Notes: a model not told the origin generated them from the sequence alone. DNA of 64,000 nucleotides from Tubulanus polymorphus (GCF_964204645.1 NC_134036.1:4308600-4372599); one strand, 5' to 3'; positions 41,522 through 54,965 are shown, counted from the first letter of the stretch. Numbers and translations are program-made.

Positions 41522-44054
41522 CCGGGTCAAACTGGTCCAAACCTGACCCCAGTCAAATTTGGCCACCGTTAAGGCAGGTCTCCCACATTGCAAAAATAGT
41601 GGACTTGCTAAGTCATGGCCCTTTTCGATGCCCCTTTTTCCTTATGTAAGCTCATAGTTCATTTGAGATGTGGACATACGAAAATGTATACCCCAATATT
41701 CGCATAATTTAAGCCAAAATGGCCACCAAACCCGCCTGCCAGTTACGCAAAAAGATCTAGGGCGAAATATACGAAGGGATCGGGCAAGATAATGGTCATT
41801 CTTAAAGTAAATCGAACGTATTGGAAATCACCAGAGTTCAATGAAATATGGAACAACAAATCCGTTTTTATTTTAGGAAAACCGACCTCATCGAGAAGAT
41901 GGAGCACGATGAAGGCAGCCGGGGAGCTAGCTAGCTAGCAAGCTACGACGACGACGGCGACGACGTCGTCGGAACCGAAGCGGGGTGATCAATTATACCG
42001 CGATGTCAGATACAGTTTAAGCTATGTAGATTAATCAGTGGGTTATTAATCACGGGACGCTTTTACTGATACGATTCATCATTGAGCGCCGAGCGTGCCA
42101 GTGACAATTTAAATCACGGCAACCCGCTCTGTCTCTCCCCCCCCCGCTCGATAACTGTCTTAAACTCTGCCGTACAAAGACTGGTGGGCTGCTCTTAACT
42201 TCCTTCCGTCCCCATCACTGCCTGAACCGATACCGAACCAAGGTTTCTATGGCAGCTAGGCTGAGGTGGAGCGAATTAAGCATTTTCTATAGTAACAGTA
42301 AGCACTTTTAAAGATTTTCCCGTACAGCAAAGTGACAAGCATTTCTGGTCATTTCCAACCGTGGCCTTCGTGTAGTGAACCTGACAGATTGTTGACACCT
42401 TAAGGTAATTTACACTGACATAAGACATAGGCACTGCGTGTACAATTTCTGAAGAGCTTTCACAAATTTTTGCAAAAGTCAGCACTACAGGCACTTCGAA
42501 GACTCGCGACGAACCCTGCTCGTATATCGAAAGTCACCCGTCGAAGGAACTTATGAAACCGAACATTCCCGACACGGCGACGAAGCATTCGGAAAAGCGC
42601 ACCACGCCCGCCACGAGTGGAACGCGCTACTCTCGGCTTTTAGCACTCAGAAACCGGCGCGATACCGCCGAACAAACAACGAATGGAAAGGTAAATATAC
42701 GAGGCCGAGTATGAATAATTTAGAATCAGCTCTCACCATCATCCGAGATAGCGCCGGGGTTCGATAGGAGAGCTTTTAATTATTGACGTAAAGCCAGTAG
42801 ATCGACACCTCGCGACTGAGTGAGACAGAGAGCGAGTAGGTGGGATGCGGGTACAAACGCCATCACGCTCGGGTATTTATAGATCGCCAGTCTCTTTGTG
42901 TATACGGCTGAATCACATGCATACTTATACGTTCTGATCCGAGTAAATTGGTCGGGATCCGTGCCGTGAAAGGTATGAACGTGAGGTGATTCAGTGTTTG
43001 TAGAATATCTAATATCTAGCGACATTAGATGGCCGTACAGAAAGACCACCGGCAATGAACTGCCACTCCAATCGTTGTTGTCCAATAGTTGAAATAACAA
43101 CACTCTAATAGTTGTTGGTCTTCATCGAAGTTTCAATTCAAGCGGTGAAACTGAAGAATTTGAAATGTTTCGCAAGTTACCCGTGATAAACCCTATAGGC
43201 CTATAACTGTGGCAAGTGAGGATCCGCTTGGCGTGCTAGCAGTTAGTCGGTCTTCATCGACGTTCGAATCTAAATCTCACGTATCTACGATGAATGTACT
43301 ATTTAAAATGTTCATTTAAAACGAGAACGCTGCCGTATGAGCGATAGACGTTTCAACTCCTCGCGGCAGGCGAGGATCCGCCAGGCGCGCTAGTAGTCGG
43401 TAGCCACTTTGGCGCGCCGTTTCTATCGAGTTAGTTTGCTTTAAGTTAATCGATTTCGGCGCTATATCGCTACGTATGATAAAACACTTGCTCAAACCCT
43501 TCTGCGACGAAATCTTTCCAACTTCGTCGTCGTGTGTAGGGTTTATACGAGTGCTATATGGATTTATTAGTTTAAACGAATAAAGCAGTTTCGTATCGCC
43601 AGACAACGAGAATATCGACAAAACGCCACGACCGACCGTATACGAACGAACGAACGAACGACAGAAAAACGTTTTCTTTGTCATTCGCCAAACGAAAGCA
43701 ATCACGGCTTTGTATGAAGAAAATGAACTAATAAAATCCACAGCGCGCGCGCACGCTCGCCGTAGAGACGAGATGGAGAGATAGAGAGAATCCCCGTCGC
43801 TGCTGATATGAAAGAAAGGGACACAGCGAACGACAGCGCGATGAGATGAGAGAGGGAGAGAGAAAAGATGATAGACCTCGTCGATGACCCGCAGCTGAGT
43901 CGCAAAACGCAGCGGCATTAGTCAATTATTTAGAAAGTATTCGCGTCCGGAACGAAATTTTAACCCATTGCGTCCGATTCGAATGTGCTGTGATATTAAT
44001 GGCGTTGATGTCGTTCGGGTTTAATTAGTAACGCGGTTGTACGTTGTTTTTTTT

Positions 44055-44375
44055 CTAATTCGACTCCGGACCCAGTTCAGAAGTTGTGTATAGGTTTCCA
44101 ATTTGGCTCCTGATCAAGTTCGACGACGTTGTACGGGTTTAATTCCAAGTCGTATGGGTTTCGTGGATAGAATTCTACCAGTTTAGATCATGGATATTTA
44201 GAGTCCATGTATGAGTAGACATTGAGTCCAGTAATGCAGTTGTGTGGGTTCAATATTACTCTCCGAACTCTGAAGGTGGTGGGTTTTAATTCACGCTGGA
44301 TCCAGTTTCACAGTTGGTTTGGTTCTAATTCGACAGTGGATTTACTTCCACAGTTCTGTTGGTCTTATCTTGAAA
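44055..44375 (+). repeat. Family B array
   Basis: Degenerate units. Confidence 0.75.
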
Positions 44376-46303
44376 TTTGATTCAGTCGCTTAGCGTTGGC
44401 AGTTAACATGACCCCAGATACGAACCCCAAACGTTGGTCAAATACAAGTCTACCTCGTTGGCGTCTTAATTACTGTCACCTTTCCTTATTACAGAAAGCA
44501 TTGTAATTACTCTTACACCAGAAAATTCTATTCTACGTGATTCGATAATATTATTTCCAATCACGATTGTCCTTTCTTGCGCGGTCGAGCTAATCACCAT
44601 CATCACCAAGAGGTCCCGTTTACGAAAAAAGAATCGATTGTGTCATCCGCAGAAACTAGTAGCAATCTTAGCGCCTAACAAGGCTATTGATAACAAAGAA
44701 AATCGTCAGAGCGTTCGAACTCAGACACCGAACAAAACCACCACCGCGGGGCCACTGACTGACATCATCTCTTCGGGCCAAAATGTGAAATTGCCTTTGA
44801 TTTTCTATCGGTGGACCAGAAGAAAGGAAAGCGACGAAGGTGATAACGAACGAAAGTCGGGACATAAAACATATACTCAATTATAGCAACGAAGAGCATA
44901 TATCGAGGGAACGCATTAGAGCGATTCCCGAACGGCTCACGACCTCGTCCTTGAATGGATGAAATTACGAGATTAATCAGTCCACAATTACCAGAAGTAA
45001 GAACAGTAAACTAGTATAGCTATACTAGGAGCAATAATTCTGACTGTTAGAATGATGGTCTCCGAGATTTAAACAAATATATACAAAAATTAGGGCCCTG
45101 TTTTGATGAAACACCTATTAGTATAGTTGACGTTGAATGGTCTCAGTTCATTTGTTTTTTGACAAGAAAAAAAACCGCAGCAATAAATAATGATGGAAAT
45201 GGTTGAAACCTATTTCTATTTGTCATACGGTTCACACAAACATATACTTATATCTAGTTGGGCAGCGCTTAGCGCTTCGAAAATCTGCTTTGATTTTCGA
45301 AAGGACGTGGACCTTTATAACGTGATTTAGTTTTTTCCGTATATTCTGTCCTATAATATATCATATGATTTAGTTTTTCAACAAAAATGTGTTTGAAATA
45401 TAAGATGTTTTAATTTTTTTAGTTATAGTATCGAAATCCACATGGATACCAGAAGCTGGTTACGTCGCCATGGCTTAGAAGTAATGCCGATCTAAGACCT
45501 AACTTAGTTATATAGCCAATCGAACGGATCTTAAAACCGATCTCAAGATTGAGATCTTAGAGTTTCATGTCCGATTTGTTGGACTATGTAAATGTGGCTC
45601 CGGTTAGCGTTCGAGCTTATCCGAATCGGGTAGCGAAGGAAATATGTCAAGGACACACAAAAGCGGTGCGCAAAGGTTGCCAGATTTCTCAAGGGGAAGA
45701 CTGCAGGGGCGATCGAGCGTGCGCACAGATGGACGGATCGCCGACGCGGAAACACAAAGAGCCGCCCGCTCGTCGGCGGTCTCTCGCCTTGAAAGCGACG
45801 GATGAAATCAAAGTCGTTTATTTCTCCCGATACGACGGTGGATATTGCGTGTTTTGATACGAGTCAGTCGGCCGTCGTCGTCGGTGTCAGACAGCGAGCG
45901 CGCGCCGTTGTTGTGCCCAATCGACCGAAAACTCGACGATGAAAAACATCCAATGAATAATATATATATCTGTATATATATAAATATATACATCTATCCA
46001 TATATCTGACGATCAAACGCCGAATTTAATCTAACTATCTATCTATGCATTTATGTATATTTGTTTTCGTGTGGATTGGTGTCGATGTATGATTTCGAAC
46101 GAACGGTTAGATTTCTTTCTCAGAAATCTTAACAACTCCCGAAAATGCTACATTTATCTTAGAAATAAATCGCGAATCGGGAAATGTCTAGTTCGTAGAT
46201 ATATCAAACTCATCCTCTGACTAAAATCGGATTTTGCCAAGATATCAGTTACGCCCGTGTACTGCGTTTTGGTTTAGATGATATGCCCCGAAAGGAGCAA
46301 GAA

Positions 46304-46935
46304 TCTACCGTATTTCACAAACTCTTACTCCAGTATTTGACACCAACTCGGGGTAGAATTTTATCAGTCTCAACCGCGATAAGAGACAGAGTCTACTGTA
46401 TTTCACAAACTCTTACTCAGTATTTGACACCAACTCGGGGTAGAATTTTATCAGTCTCAACCGCGGTAAGAGACAGAGTCTACTGTATTTCACAAACTCT
46501 TACTCAGTATTTGACATCAACTGTGGGTAGAATTTTATCAGTCTTAACTTAACCGCGGTAAGAGAGAGAGTCTACTGTATTTCACAAACTCTTACTCAGT
46601 ATTTGACACCAACTCGGGGTAGAATTTTATCAGTCTCAACCGCGATAAGAGACAGAGTCTACTGTATTTCACAAACTCTTACTCAGTATTTGACACCAAC
46701 TCGGGGTAGAATTTTATCAGTCTCAACCGCGGTAAGAGACAGAGTCTACTGTATTTCACAAACTCTTACTCAGTATTTGACATCAACTGTGGGTAGAATT
46801 TTATCAGTCTTAACTTAACCGCGGTAAGAGAGAGAGTCTACTGTATTTCACAAAATCTCACTCAGTATTTAACACCAACTCGGGGTAGAATTTTAACCTG
46901 TCTCAACTTTACCGCAGTAAGAGACAGCGTCTACT
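46304..46935 (+). repeat. 87-93 bp minisatellite family C, about 7 units with higher-order structure
   Basis: TCTAC anchors at 46304, 46392, 46479, 46571, 46658, 46745, 46837 and 46930. Confidence 0.97.
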
Positions 46936-48039
46936 AACTGTACCCTTATCGTACAAAACCAATCATATATTTTCGAAAAGAACGGATAGCAAGAAAAAAA
47001 CACCTTTGTCATCGTTAATATCAACCAGCGAGACCTGCCGACCGACACCCGGTCGGCCCGTACGAGAACGAGCACATTATTGTGTGTACGTCTATTAGCA
47101 CGCGCGCGCTCGCTACGCTACGCGCTTTAGACATCTGGGAGTTCTTTTATGTTATTAACATCGGATTTATTGTATCTGTTAACAATATCATTTATTATTA
47201 GTCGGCGTTCGAACATCTGCCCCTCTCTCTCTGCCTCGATCGCTACCTATGCATAGCTCTTTCCATTCTTCCCCTATTCTAGAAGTGCTAGTCCGCCCAT
47301 CGTATCATATACCTCGTCTAAACACTTCCCCTTCTCTGCCTAAATCTCTCCTCTTATCCCCTCACCCGTTGCTACTGTCCCCTCTAATATTTGCGCTATC
47401 GCGTGTCTAGTAAAATAAGTTAAAATTGCAAAAAATAAGAGAGCTCATTTTTCTCATAAGTGATTATAAAGAAAAGTTATACGATATCCTCAGTGTGGGC
47501 AATGTTACTTCCCTTTCCTCTAATGCCAATAATCTTTCCTTCTGCGCTAGCTCCCTCTCAACCCTAATTACTTTCCCCTATCTATTTTTCCTATACAACG
47601 CGCGTTTCGTATTGTGAATAATTATATATAAAACTACAAAATGCGTCATCATTTTTCTCTAAAGCGAATCGAGAGAAGAGCAATAAATTATGAGATATCC
47701 TCGGCGAGAGTTGTTTCCTTTCAAGTGCGGTCCATTGTGCTAGCGATTACAATAATAGTACGCGTAAAATAACCAAATCGCCCGACTGGCCCTGATTTTT
47801 TTCATGAAAAGAGTAAGAATATCTGATTCCCTGGGAGAGGGAAAAATAAATCCGCATTTATCACCCCCTCCAGATTTTCTTGATCTAAAATAATCAATCG
47901 TTAATAACTACGTAGTCGTTCGAAAATCATCCGAACATTATGACGGTCAAAAATTTTAAAAGAAATCTACAAGAGCCCGAACGCGAAAATCCTATATTCG
48001 AAAAAAACCCCAAGCCCGACAGCAAAATTAGATATTTAC

Positions 48040-48196
48040 CTCCACCCTTCAGCTGTTCGACGGCACCACCGGCGGTGATTTGTATTGGTATGCCCATCGC
48101 CTGGGATTTGGCCAGGGCGGCCGGGTCCATGGCGATCATCTGCGGCTGTTGTTGCTGTTGTTGAGCGTGAGCGGCGGCTACCATGCTATCCAACAT
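48040..48196 (-). CDS. Probable (alternative) first coding exon of the CELF gene, Q/A-rich N-terminus
   Basis: ATG in a CAAAAATG context. Encodes MLDSMVAAAHAQQQQQQPQMIAMDPAALAKSQAMGIPIQITAGGAVEQLKGG and ends GGAG|gtaaat after 157 nt (phase 1). Joining to 24311 gives G|AG = E and restores ...[14 protein letters not shown] across a 23,728-nt intron. Confidence 0.8.
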
Positions 48197-48739
48197 TTTT
48201 GCGGAGATAATTCTTTCTTTTCTAACGATAAATCAAGATAACGACGATTTCTTTTTCACTGCACTCCGATCTGCGCAATCGACGACGAAGTAAACGCTTT
48301 AATCAACGAACGTTTACACGCGAAAATCCTTCCAAAAATATATATAGAATAAAAAATCTCTTTTTCTATCTTTCTCGTCGAAAAGATATTGGCGTAAAAT
48401 TGTTTTCTTCTTTTCTAACTTCAACAATATTCGACACTTAAAACTTAACTGAATTGACTTTAGCTGCGCGCGCGCGATTTTCCTTATCCTTTCTTCTTCT
48501 CCGGAGAACTTCCTCGGATATTCACAAAATATATAATTCCAACACAAGCGAAATAATACGATACGACTTGAAACTATATCGGTTGCGATCGCTGGTGATG
48601 CGAAAATATATCTTGAGTGTAGAATCTGCGCGATATCAACAACGAACACGTCCGAGAACGCAGCAACACGAGTAATATATATATATATAATATATGGTAA
48701 ATAATGACAACACACAATATTGAACGATGCGCTCGAAAC

Positions 48740-48840
48740 GGCTGCACTGAGTCGACTGACTGTAGCGACACGGAGAGACAGAGACTGAGCCGGCGCTCGC
48801 GATAGTGGCGACACTACGACGACGGCGGCGGAGCGCGCGG
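48740..48840 (-). promoter_or_regulatory. Candidate core promoter/TSS region for the 48 kb first exon
   Basis: Three minus-strand TCAGT initiator-like motifs (plus-strand actga at 48746, 48755, 48784) in a CpG-rich, GA-containing patch about 550 nt upstream of the ATG. Inference only. Confidence 0.4.
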
Positions 48841-50549
48841 ACAAAGAGATGCCGAACCGCTTTGTTCGCGACGGATTTCAAAGCGAAAAATCAGGTCGCG
48901 CCGGAAGGTGAGAACGGAGAGATCGAACGAGCGGCAGCGCGCTTCGACTATTAGCGCTAATTGTCGGAGCGTATCGATATGAATTATGAAGCGACTTTCC
49001 TACGCAGAATGAATGTATCAGCGCCGCTAAATATAGATGTGTACGTATGATATCTCGGGAGGACGCTGATTTTTGACGACCCGTTATTTTCGTCGGAGGG
49101 CTATTTTCGGGCGGGAGCTCGGTCATTTTCTATGTCGTTATTCTCAAGGGTGGTCGGGCGGTGGAGGCTGATTGCTCGAATGTGCCTCAAAAATAAAAAG
49201 TAATTCAACTGATTGTAAAGGTCGACTGATTGATAAGGCCTCAAATCTTCATCATTGTCCTACTCGACTGCTCATGCCAACTCCAGAGGTAGTTTTCCTA
49301 GTTATGGCTTAAGACTTAAGACCCGCCTAGGACTGACTAAGTTTCATAATAACCAATCTAACAACTTGCGACAACTAACAATTACTAACGACCAATCTTT
49401 AGATTAAATGCCACTATTGGACTTAAGTCTTAACTACACGGAATCGGTCCGAGTAATTGCTGTATCTCATAAACCGGTAGGTTTAGTTAGGTCGCATTGT
49501 ACTGTCACGCTTTCTCAAGTTAACTCGTGAACCTATTCTTAAATCGTATAAACGATGATCTATTTTTGCGGTACCGTCTTTACGGAACAGTAACTGTTTC
49601 TTGTATTAGAAATGCAACGAGATGTTGAAACTTAAAATAAAAACAAACTTAACACCGATCGTTTCAATGACTTCAGCGTGCCATCTATTTATTTTTTTTA
49701 ATTTTTTCTACCATTCATTCGTTTGTATTTCAATACGTGTTTTTGTCGGGGTCTTTGAGCATACTTTTAGATATCTAGCCTTCGTATGGCTCTTTCGGGT
49801 GCATTATCATCCGTATATTCAGGGTGTGGCCACTTTCCAACTATAGTTATCACATTCATTCCCTGTTGTTCTAAATGTTTGTAAATCCCTGAGTTTTCCA
49901 GGGTTTCCAGATCAACGGCCAGCATCCTGTATACCACAAACATTTTCAATAATCAACTTTGACGAACCTTTGCAGATGATTTATTCAATTCGCATTATCA
50001 TCATCTTAGTAATATGTAAACCGCTCCGAAACGTAGGGTGCGGCACAGGAAATAAAGTTGTCATCGTCGTTAACATAAAACCTAGAACCACCAGACGAAA
50101 AGACACAAAAAACAATCCTCGAACAGGAAGGGTTAAAGCGCGCGCGATGTAGAAAAAGCCATTAGTTGATTAAACGGGTGATGAATAAATAAAAATCAAA
50201 ACTGATTGATATCGACGAGGTTCGCCAAACAAAAACCCGAACTGCCCGACCACGCGTGGTGTCTTTGTTATAGAAAAACGAAAATACAGGAAAAAAAAAC
50301 AATCGAGATATAGCTAGGCTGTACGGTAAGCAAATATGCTTTTAGATTTATTAATAATATCGTAATTCGGTTTCGCGTTATGAGCCGATCACGCGCTTCG
50401 CCCACGACGACGTGACAACCGAACTCCGGTGGTCGCCTCCGAGAAGAGCTGAAACAATGGATATATATAGGCTGTAGGGATGCACGTGTTATCGATGCTT
50501 TAACTTTTGTTGAACCGAAACTGAGTTGGTTAAATTATGATTTATGCAA

Positions 50550-50945
50550 TCGTAGAATTGGGTCCTGAGTCGAATTAAACTTATCCCAACTGCCGAACTG
50601 GACCCATAGTCAAGTTTAACCAATACAACCGTTAAACTGGATCTAGGGTAGAGTTAAATCCGCATAAGTGTGGAACTGGGACCAGAGTCAAATGAAACCC
50701 ACACAACAGTGGAACGGGATTTGGAGTAGAATTAAATCCGCACAAGTGTGGAACTGGTACCAGAGACGCATTAAATCCACACAACCGTGGAACTGGGTCT
50801 AGAGTCTAGTTAATTCCACACAACTGCGGAACTGGGTCCAAAGTCGAATCAAACCCACAAAACTGTGGATCTTGGTATACAGAACCGAACAAACTGTGCA
50901 AATGAAAGATGAGTCAGTCGTGGAACTGTAACTGGATTCGTGTAT
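50550..50945 (-). repeat. Family B array, reverse orientation
   Basis: About 10 units with TGTGGAACTGG at ~39-40 bp spacing. Confidence 0.9.
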
Positions 50946-52947
50946 GTTAATAGAATCACAGTAAAGCCCTAGCGTCTCAAGAATGTCCGTCGCTGCACCT
51001 GACACACGCACAGCAAAATCGGGCAATATGCCAACACTTTGCATAACGTCCTCGCTACTGCGCGTTGTCTATTACCGATACTACACGATAGCTAACATCC
51101 TGATCCGCGCGGGGCTTACGTCAGATCTCCGGGGATGGAATCTCGTCGATAACGAAATCAATAACGTTTACGACGATGACGACGACTACGAGTGTAGGAC
51201 GGACGCGTAAACTAACCCAAGGTCGCGCCGTTACTCCACGCGTGACCTTCGATCGCGCGCCACGGGTAGCGGATATTAAGACGCGCCGTACCTTACTATA
51301 GTGAAGGGTCAATGAATTTTTTAAAAAGACAAAAAACCTTTTCTTTGTTGAAGAAAACTACAAACTTGTGAAGAAAAGTAATGACTCAATTTTAGAAAAA
51401 GATGTTTCTAACATGGCTACTCTTTTATTTTATTTTTTTTGTTGAAAAATGGGTCATATGGAATCGATTCGAAACGTCTATACTCTTTTAGTTTTTGAAA
51501 ATGGCTCGTAGAGTAGAGTCGAAATATCTAGTACTTTCTTAGTTTTTGTTGATTATTATTGTGGGGTTTTGAGTCGGTCGAGTTATAGGAAACACGTGTC
51601 TATGGAAATAGCTACCTTTTTGTTTTAGGGACTACGATATGCAGAACAAAGGGACTAATTATTTGGCTGTATATAAAACGTGATATTTCGAACTACATTT
51701 CCCATTCTGTCTGATCTTTATAATAACAACATCCAGCGAGGTAAGGCTCGGGGGCGTAGCAAAGTTTAACAGTATTCAAACAAATACACGTGCGAATATC
51801 TTCATAGAATTAGCAGTATAAACGTGTGTGTGTATGCGGAATATATTCTCGCGAAAAACGACGAACAATGCGCGGGGTCGATGCGGCCGGGCAGAGTTCA
51901 CCGGCGGGAACTCCACCCTTCTCCCGTTCCCATTCGCGCTTTGAGGCCCGGATCGGGCGCAGGCGACTTAAACAAAGCGATCGGATGGCGTCGTCCGCGC
52001 CCAAACGCGACCGCGCATTGTGATCAGAGCAGCGAGCGAGCGCCCACATTGTTATATATATACTCACACTTTATTAATACAACTCCGTGTTGATCTCAAC
52101 AAAATAGATGTAACGATCATTGACTGAAATAGTGGAAGCGTTCGTGCCAGTTGTTAAAACTAGAAAAAAAACTCCCCGATCGTTTTTTTCCCATTTTTTT
52201 TTTTAAATTAAACTTTTGGTCCGGTTTGAATAGTTGTATCTATTCGCGATTACCAATACATCGCGCTATGATTTCATTCGATATAATGTCGAATCCCATG
52301 TTGAATGTGACTTAAAGGGTTTATTGCAAAAAATACTAGACATGTTTCGGGTGGTTCCTGTACCGCGCTCCTTCAGTCTAATCAAGATAGTACGATTTCT
52401 GTTGCGAAACGACACGCCCGGTTAAAGTGTAAGTTAGGATTGCGTTGTCCATTAAAACGTGAAGTTGCCAATCAAGCGATTAATCTAAAAGATATTATGC
52501 TCGTCTTGGTTTATCTTAAAGCTGTGGACGAGGTTGAACTAAGGTATTACTCAACTTAAGCTTCGCCATCAGTTACGAACGGCATGCACATATATTAATT
52601 CGCACTTAATTAGTACCTATCGTGCGCGAGATACGTCATTGTTTCGCCGTTTCGTATTACCGCTCCCTGTTCGCTCACCGGGTGGTGCGAACCGTCAACA
52701 CCGCCACACCCAAACCGACAGTTCCGATTCGGGGGGAAATTGTTACGTTCGTCGTTAATTGTTCGTTCATTAACGGCTGTGACGACGCGTAAGATCGGTC
52801 TGCATTTGACAGTTATAGTACTCGCCAACCCGCTGAGTTCGACTCCGAAATCAATGTCCGGTCCAGCCGTCCTCGGCGGGTGTTTACAGTGCCAGACATT
52901 AAGAAAGAATGCTATCTCGAAAACTGGTGGACACCGTAAGCGTCAAA

Positions 52948-53526
52948 AACTGACCCCCTGTGCCGTAGTATTTAAGCGATAGTTTACATCAAACAGCCTT
53001 TCAGATTTAAACTCTGATTAAGATTAAACAAATTTTCAGTAACTGACCCCTGTACCGTGGTATTTAAACACTGGTTTGCATAAAACAACCTTTCAGTTAC
53101 TGACCCCTGCACCGCGGTATTTAAACACTGGTTTACCAATAAACAACCTTCCAGTAACTGACCCCTGTACCGTGGTATTTAAACACTGGTTTACATTAAA
53201 CAACCTTCCAGTAACTGACCCCTGTACCGCGGTATTTTAACACTGGTTAACATTAAACAAACTTTCAGTAACTGACCCCTGAACCGCGGTATTTAAACTC
53301 TGGTTAAGATTAAACAAATTTTCAGTAACTGACCCCTGTACCGCGGTATTTAAACACAGGTTTACATTAAACAACCTTTCAGTTACTGACCCCTGTACCG
53401 CGGTATTTAAACACTGGTTTACCAATAAACAACCTTCCAGTAACTGACCCCTGTACCGCGGTATTTAAACACTGGTTTACATCAAACAACCCTTTAGTTA
53501 TCTGACCCACCGCGGTATTTAAACAC
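52948..53526 (+). repeat. 57-bp minisatellite family A, about 10 units
   Basis: Tandem family A units with a few variants and deletions. Confidence 0.97.
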
Positions 53527-54351
53527 ACAAGCATCTAGTAAGTTCTTAGCTATTTACATATTTTGTACAAGTTTTGATTTGACGATTATGCAACGATTAC
53601 TATAACGCATTCACGCGTACGCTATCACCTCTGAACTTACGAGTATTAATAGCCTATTTATACAACGACCCCAAGAATCAGATGAAGCAATCGAGTCCTT
53701 TTATGCTATTGATTCAGGGTACTTAATTACGCGCTCAGAACTTCGAATTGATAATGGGTATATATTTATACAAAATCCTATAAGGAGGGATATAGATAGA
53801 TTTGATAGTTTGACGCACAAGGGCACGGACGCGATAAGGGTGTTGTCCCCCTTTTGTCACTCTGTAGAGGCCGACGTGATTGAATGCGACGCGCATCTCA
53901 AAAGCAGCTGCCCCGGATTCGGACTAATGTACAGTCGGCTTCATTACCAGTTGTCGTGTTCTATTATGTTTCGATCGAAGCATTGAAACCTAGAATAGTT
54001 AGAAGTAGTCGCGTGCGGATTAGCCACGGGAACTAGCGAGCGGGACACCTGCTCCGACGAGCGTGTCCCAAAGCGATTCGCAGAGGCGGCGGCTTTCGAC
54101 AAGCTCCATATCGATCGAGACGAGAACAAAGGAAATGTCGATGGCCGGCCGGCGATGATGACTTCGTTGGAATTTATTTACGAGGAGGCCGCTCTCTCGA
54201 TGGACGAGCGATGCTACATCGACTTCGGCGACGAAGGCTCGCTTCATCTTCCGCTACGAAGGCTTTCGTGAGCAGCCGACACTTTAGAATATACGGTTCT
54301 GCTCGCGAGGAAATCGAGCCTATATCCATAAGAAAGAACATTTCAACGTCC

Positions 54352-54488
54352 GGGGGCCACTTGCACAGTCATGGCTTAGACTTAAGACCAGTCTAAAACC
54401 AACTTAGTTCTATAGCCAATCTAACAACTTAAGACCAGTCTTAAGATTTAAGACCACTTTTGGACTTCAGTCACGACTGTGGAACTGA
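54352..54488. mobile_element. MITE-like family E
   Basis: Degenerate TIRs (CACTTGCACAGTCATGGCTT ... AGTCACGACTGTGGAACTG) and internal CTTAAGACCA repeats. Related copies at about 45468-45560 and 49290-49450, weaker at about 205-345 and 60235-60350. Confidence 0.7.
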
Positions 54489-54504
54489 ATTGCATTTTTG
54501 AGAC

Positions 54505-54965
54505 TTCACCCCGAGATGTCATTTTCTTGTCTTTATTGAAAAGTTCAGCAGACACCAGATATTAGACATTATGATCGATGAATGTCCGAAACATGTCGTC
54601 AACTATTTAAGATCAGGATTTCACCCAAGACATCTTTAACTGATAATGAAGTATATACAAACACCTGACATTAGACATTTTATCAGCACACCTACTTTCA
54701 AAAACCGATAGTCCACACTTCACCTCTTCAGAAGTTTACCTGATCGCCCAGACTTCACGTCTTGTGAACTCCAACTGAGACATTTCTAATTGAACATAAA
54801 CTACAATCATCAGATATTAGACATTCGATCAGCCGACTTTCAGAAACTGATCGTCCACACTTCACTTGTGTTAAGAACTCATGTGTCCAGTGTTTTACCT
54901 GAGACATTTTGTAATCGGAAATCATATATAAAACACTAGACATTAGACATTTTATCAGCACACGT
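54505..54965 (+). repeat. Degenerate dispersed/tandem repeat family H
   Basis: Recurring ACACCAGATATTAGACATT...ATCAGCACAC...GATCGTCCACACTTCAC. Related blocks at about 1790-2110 (+) and 57360-57545 (-). Confidence 0.75.

Noticed and set aside
46283-46818. Repetitive ORFs (QYLTPTRGRILSV...)
   Set aside because: Translation of the family C minisatellite.
47927-48039. C-terminal part of the 89-aa ORF
   Set aside because: Lies after the G|gtaaat donor and looks intronic.
50550-50945. CRISPR-like look of family B and other arrays
   Set aside because: Units are degenerate tandem copies without unique spacers, there are no cas genes, and the context is a spliceosomal gene.
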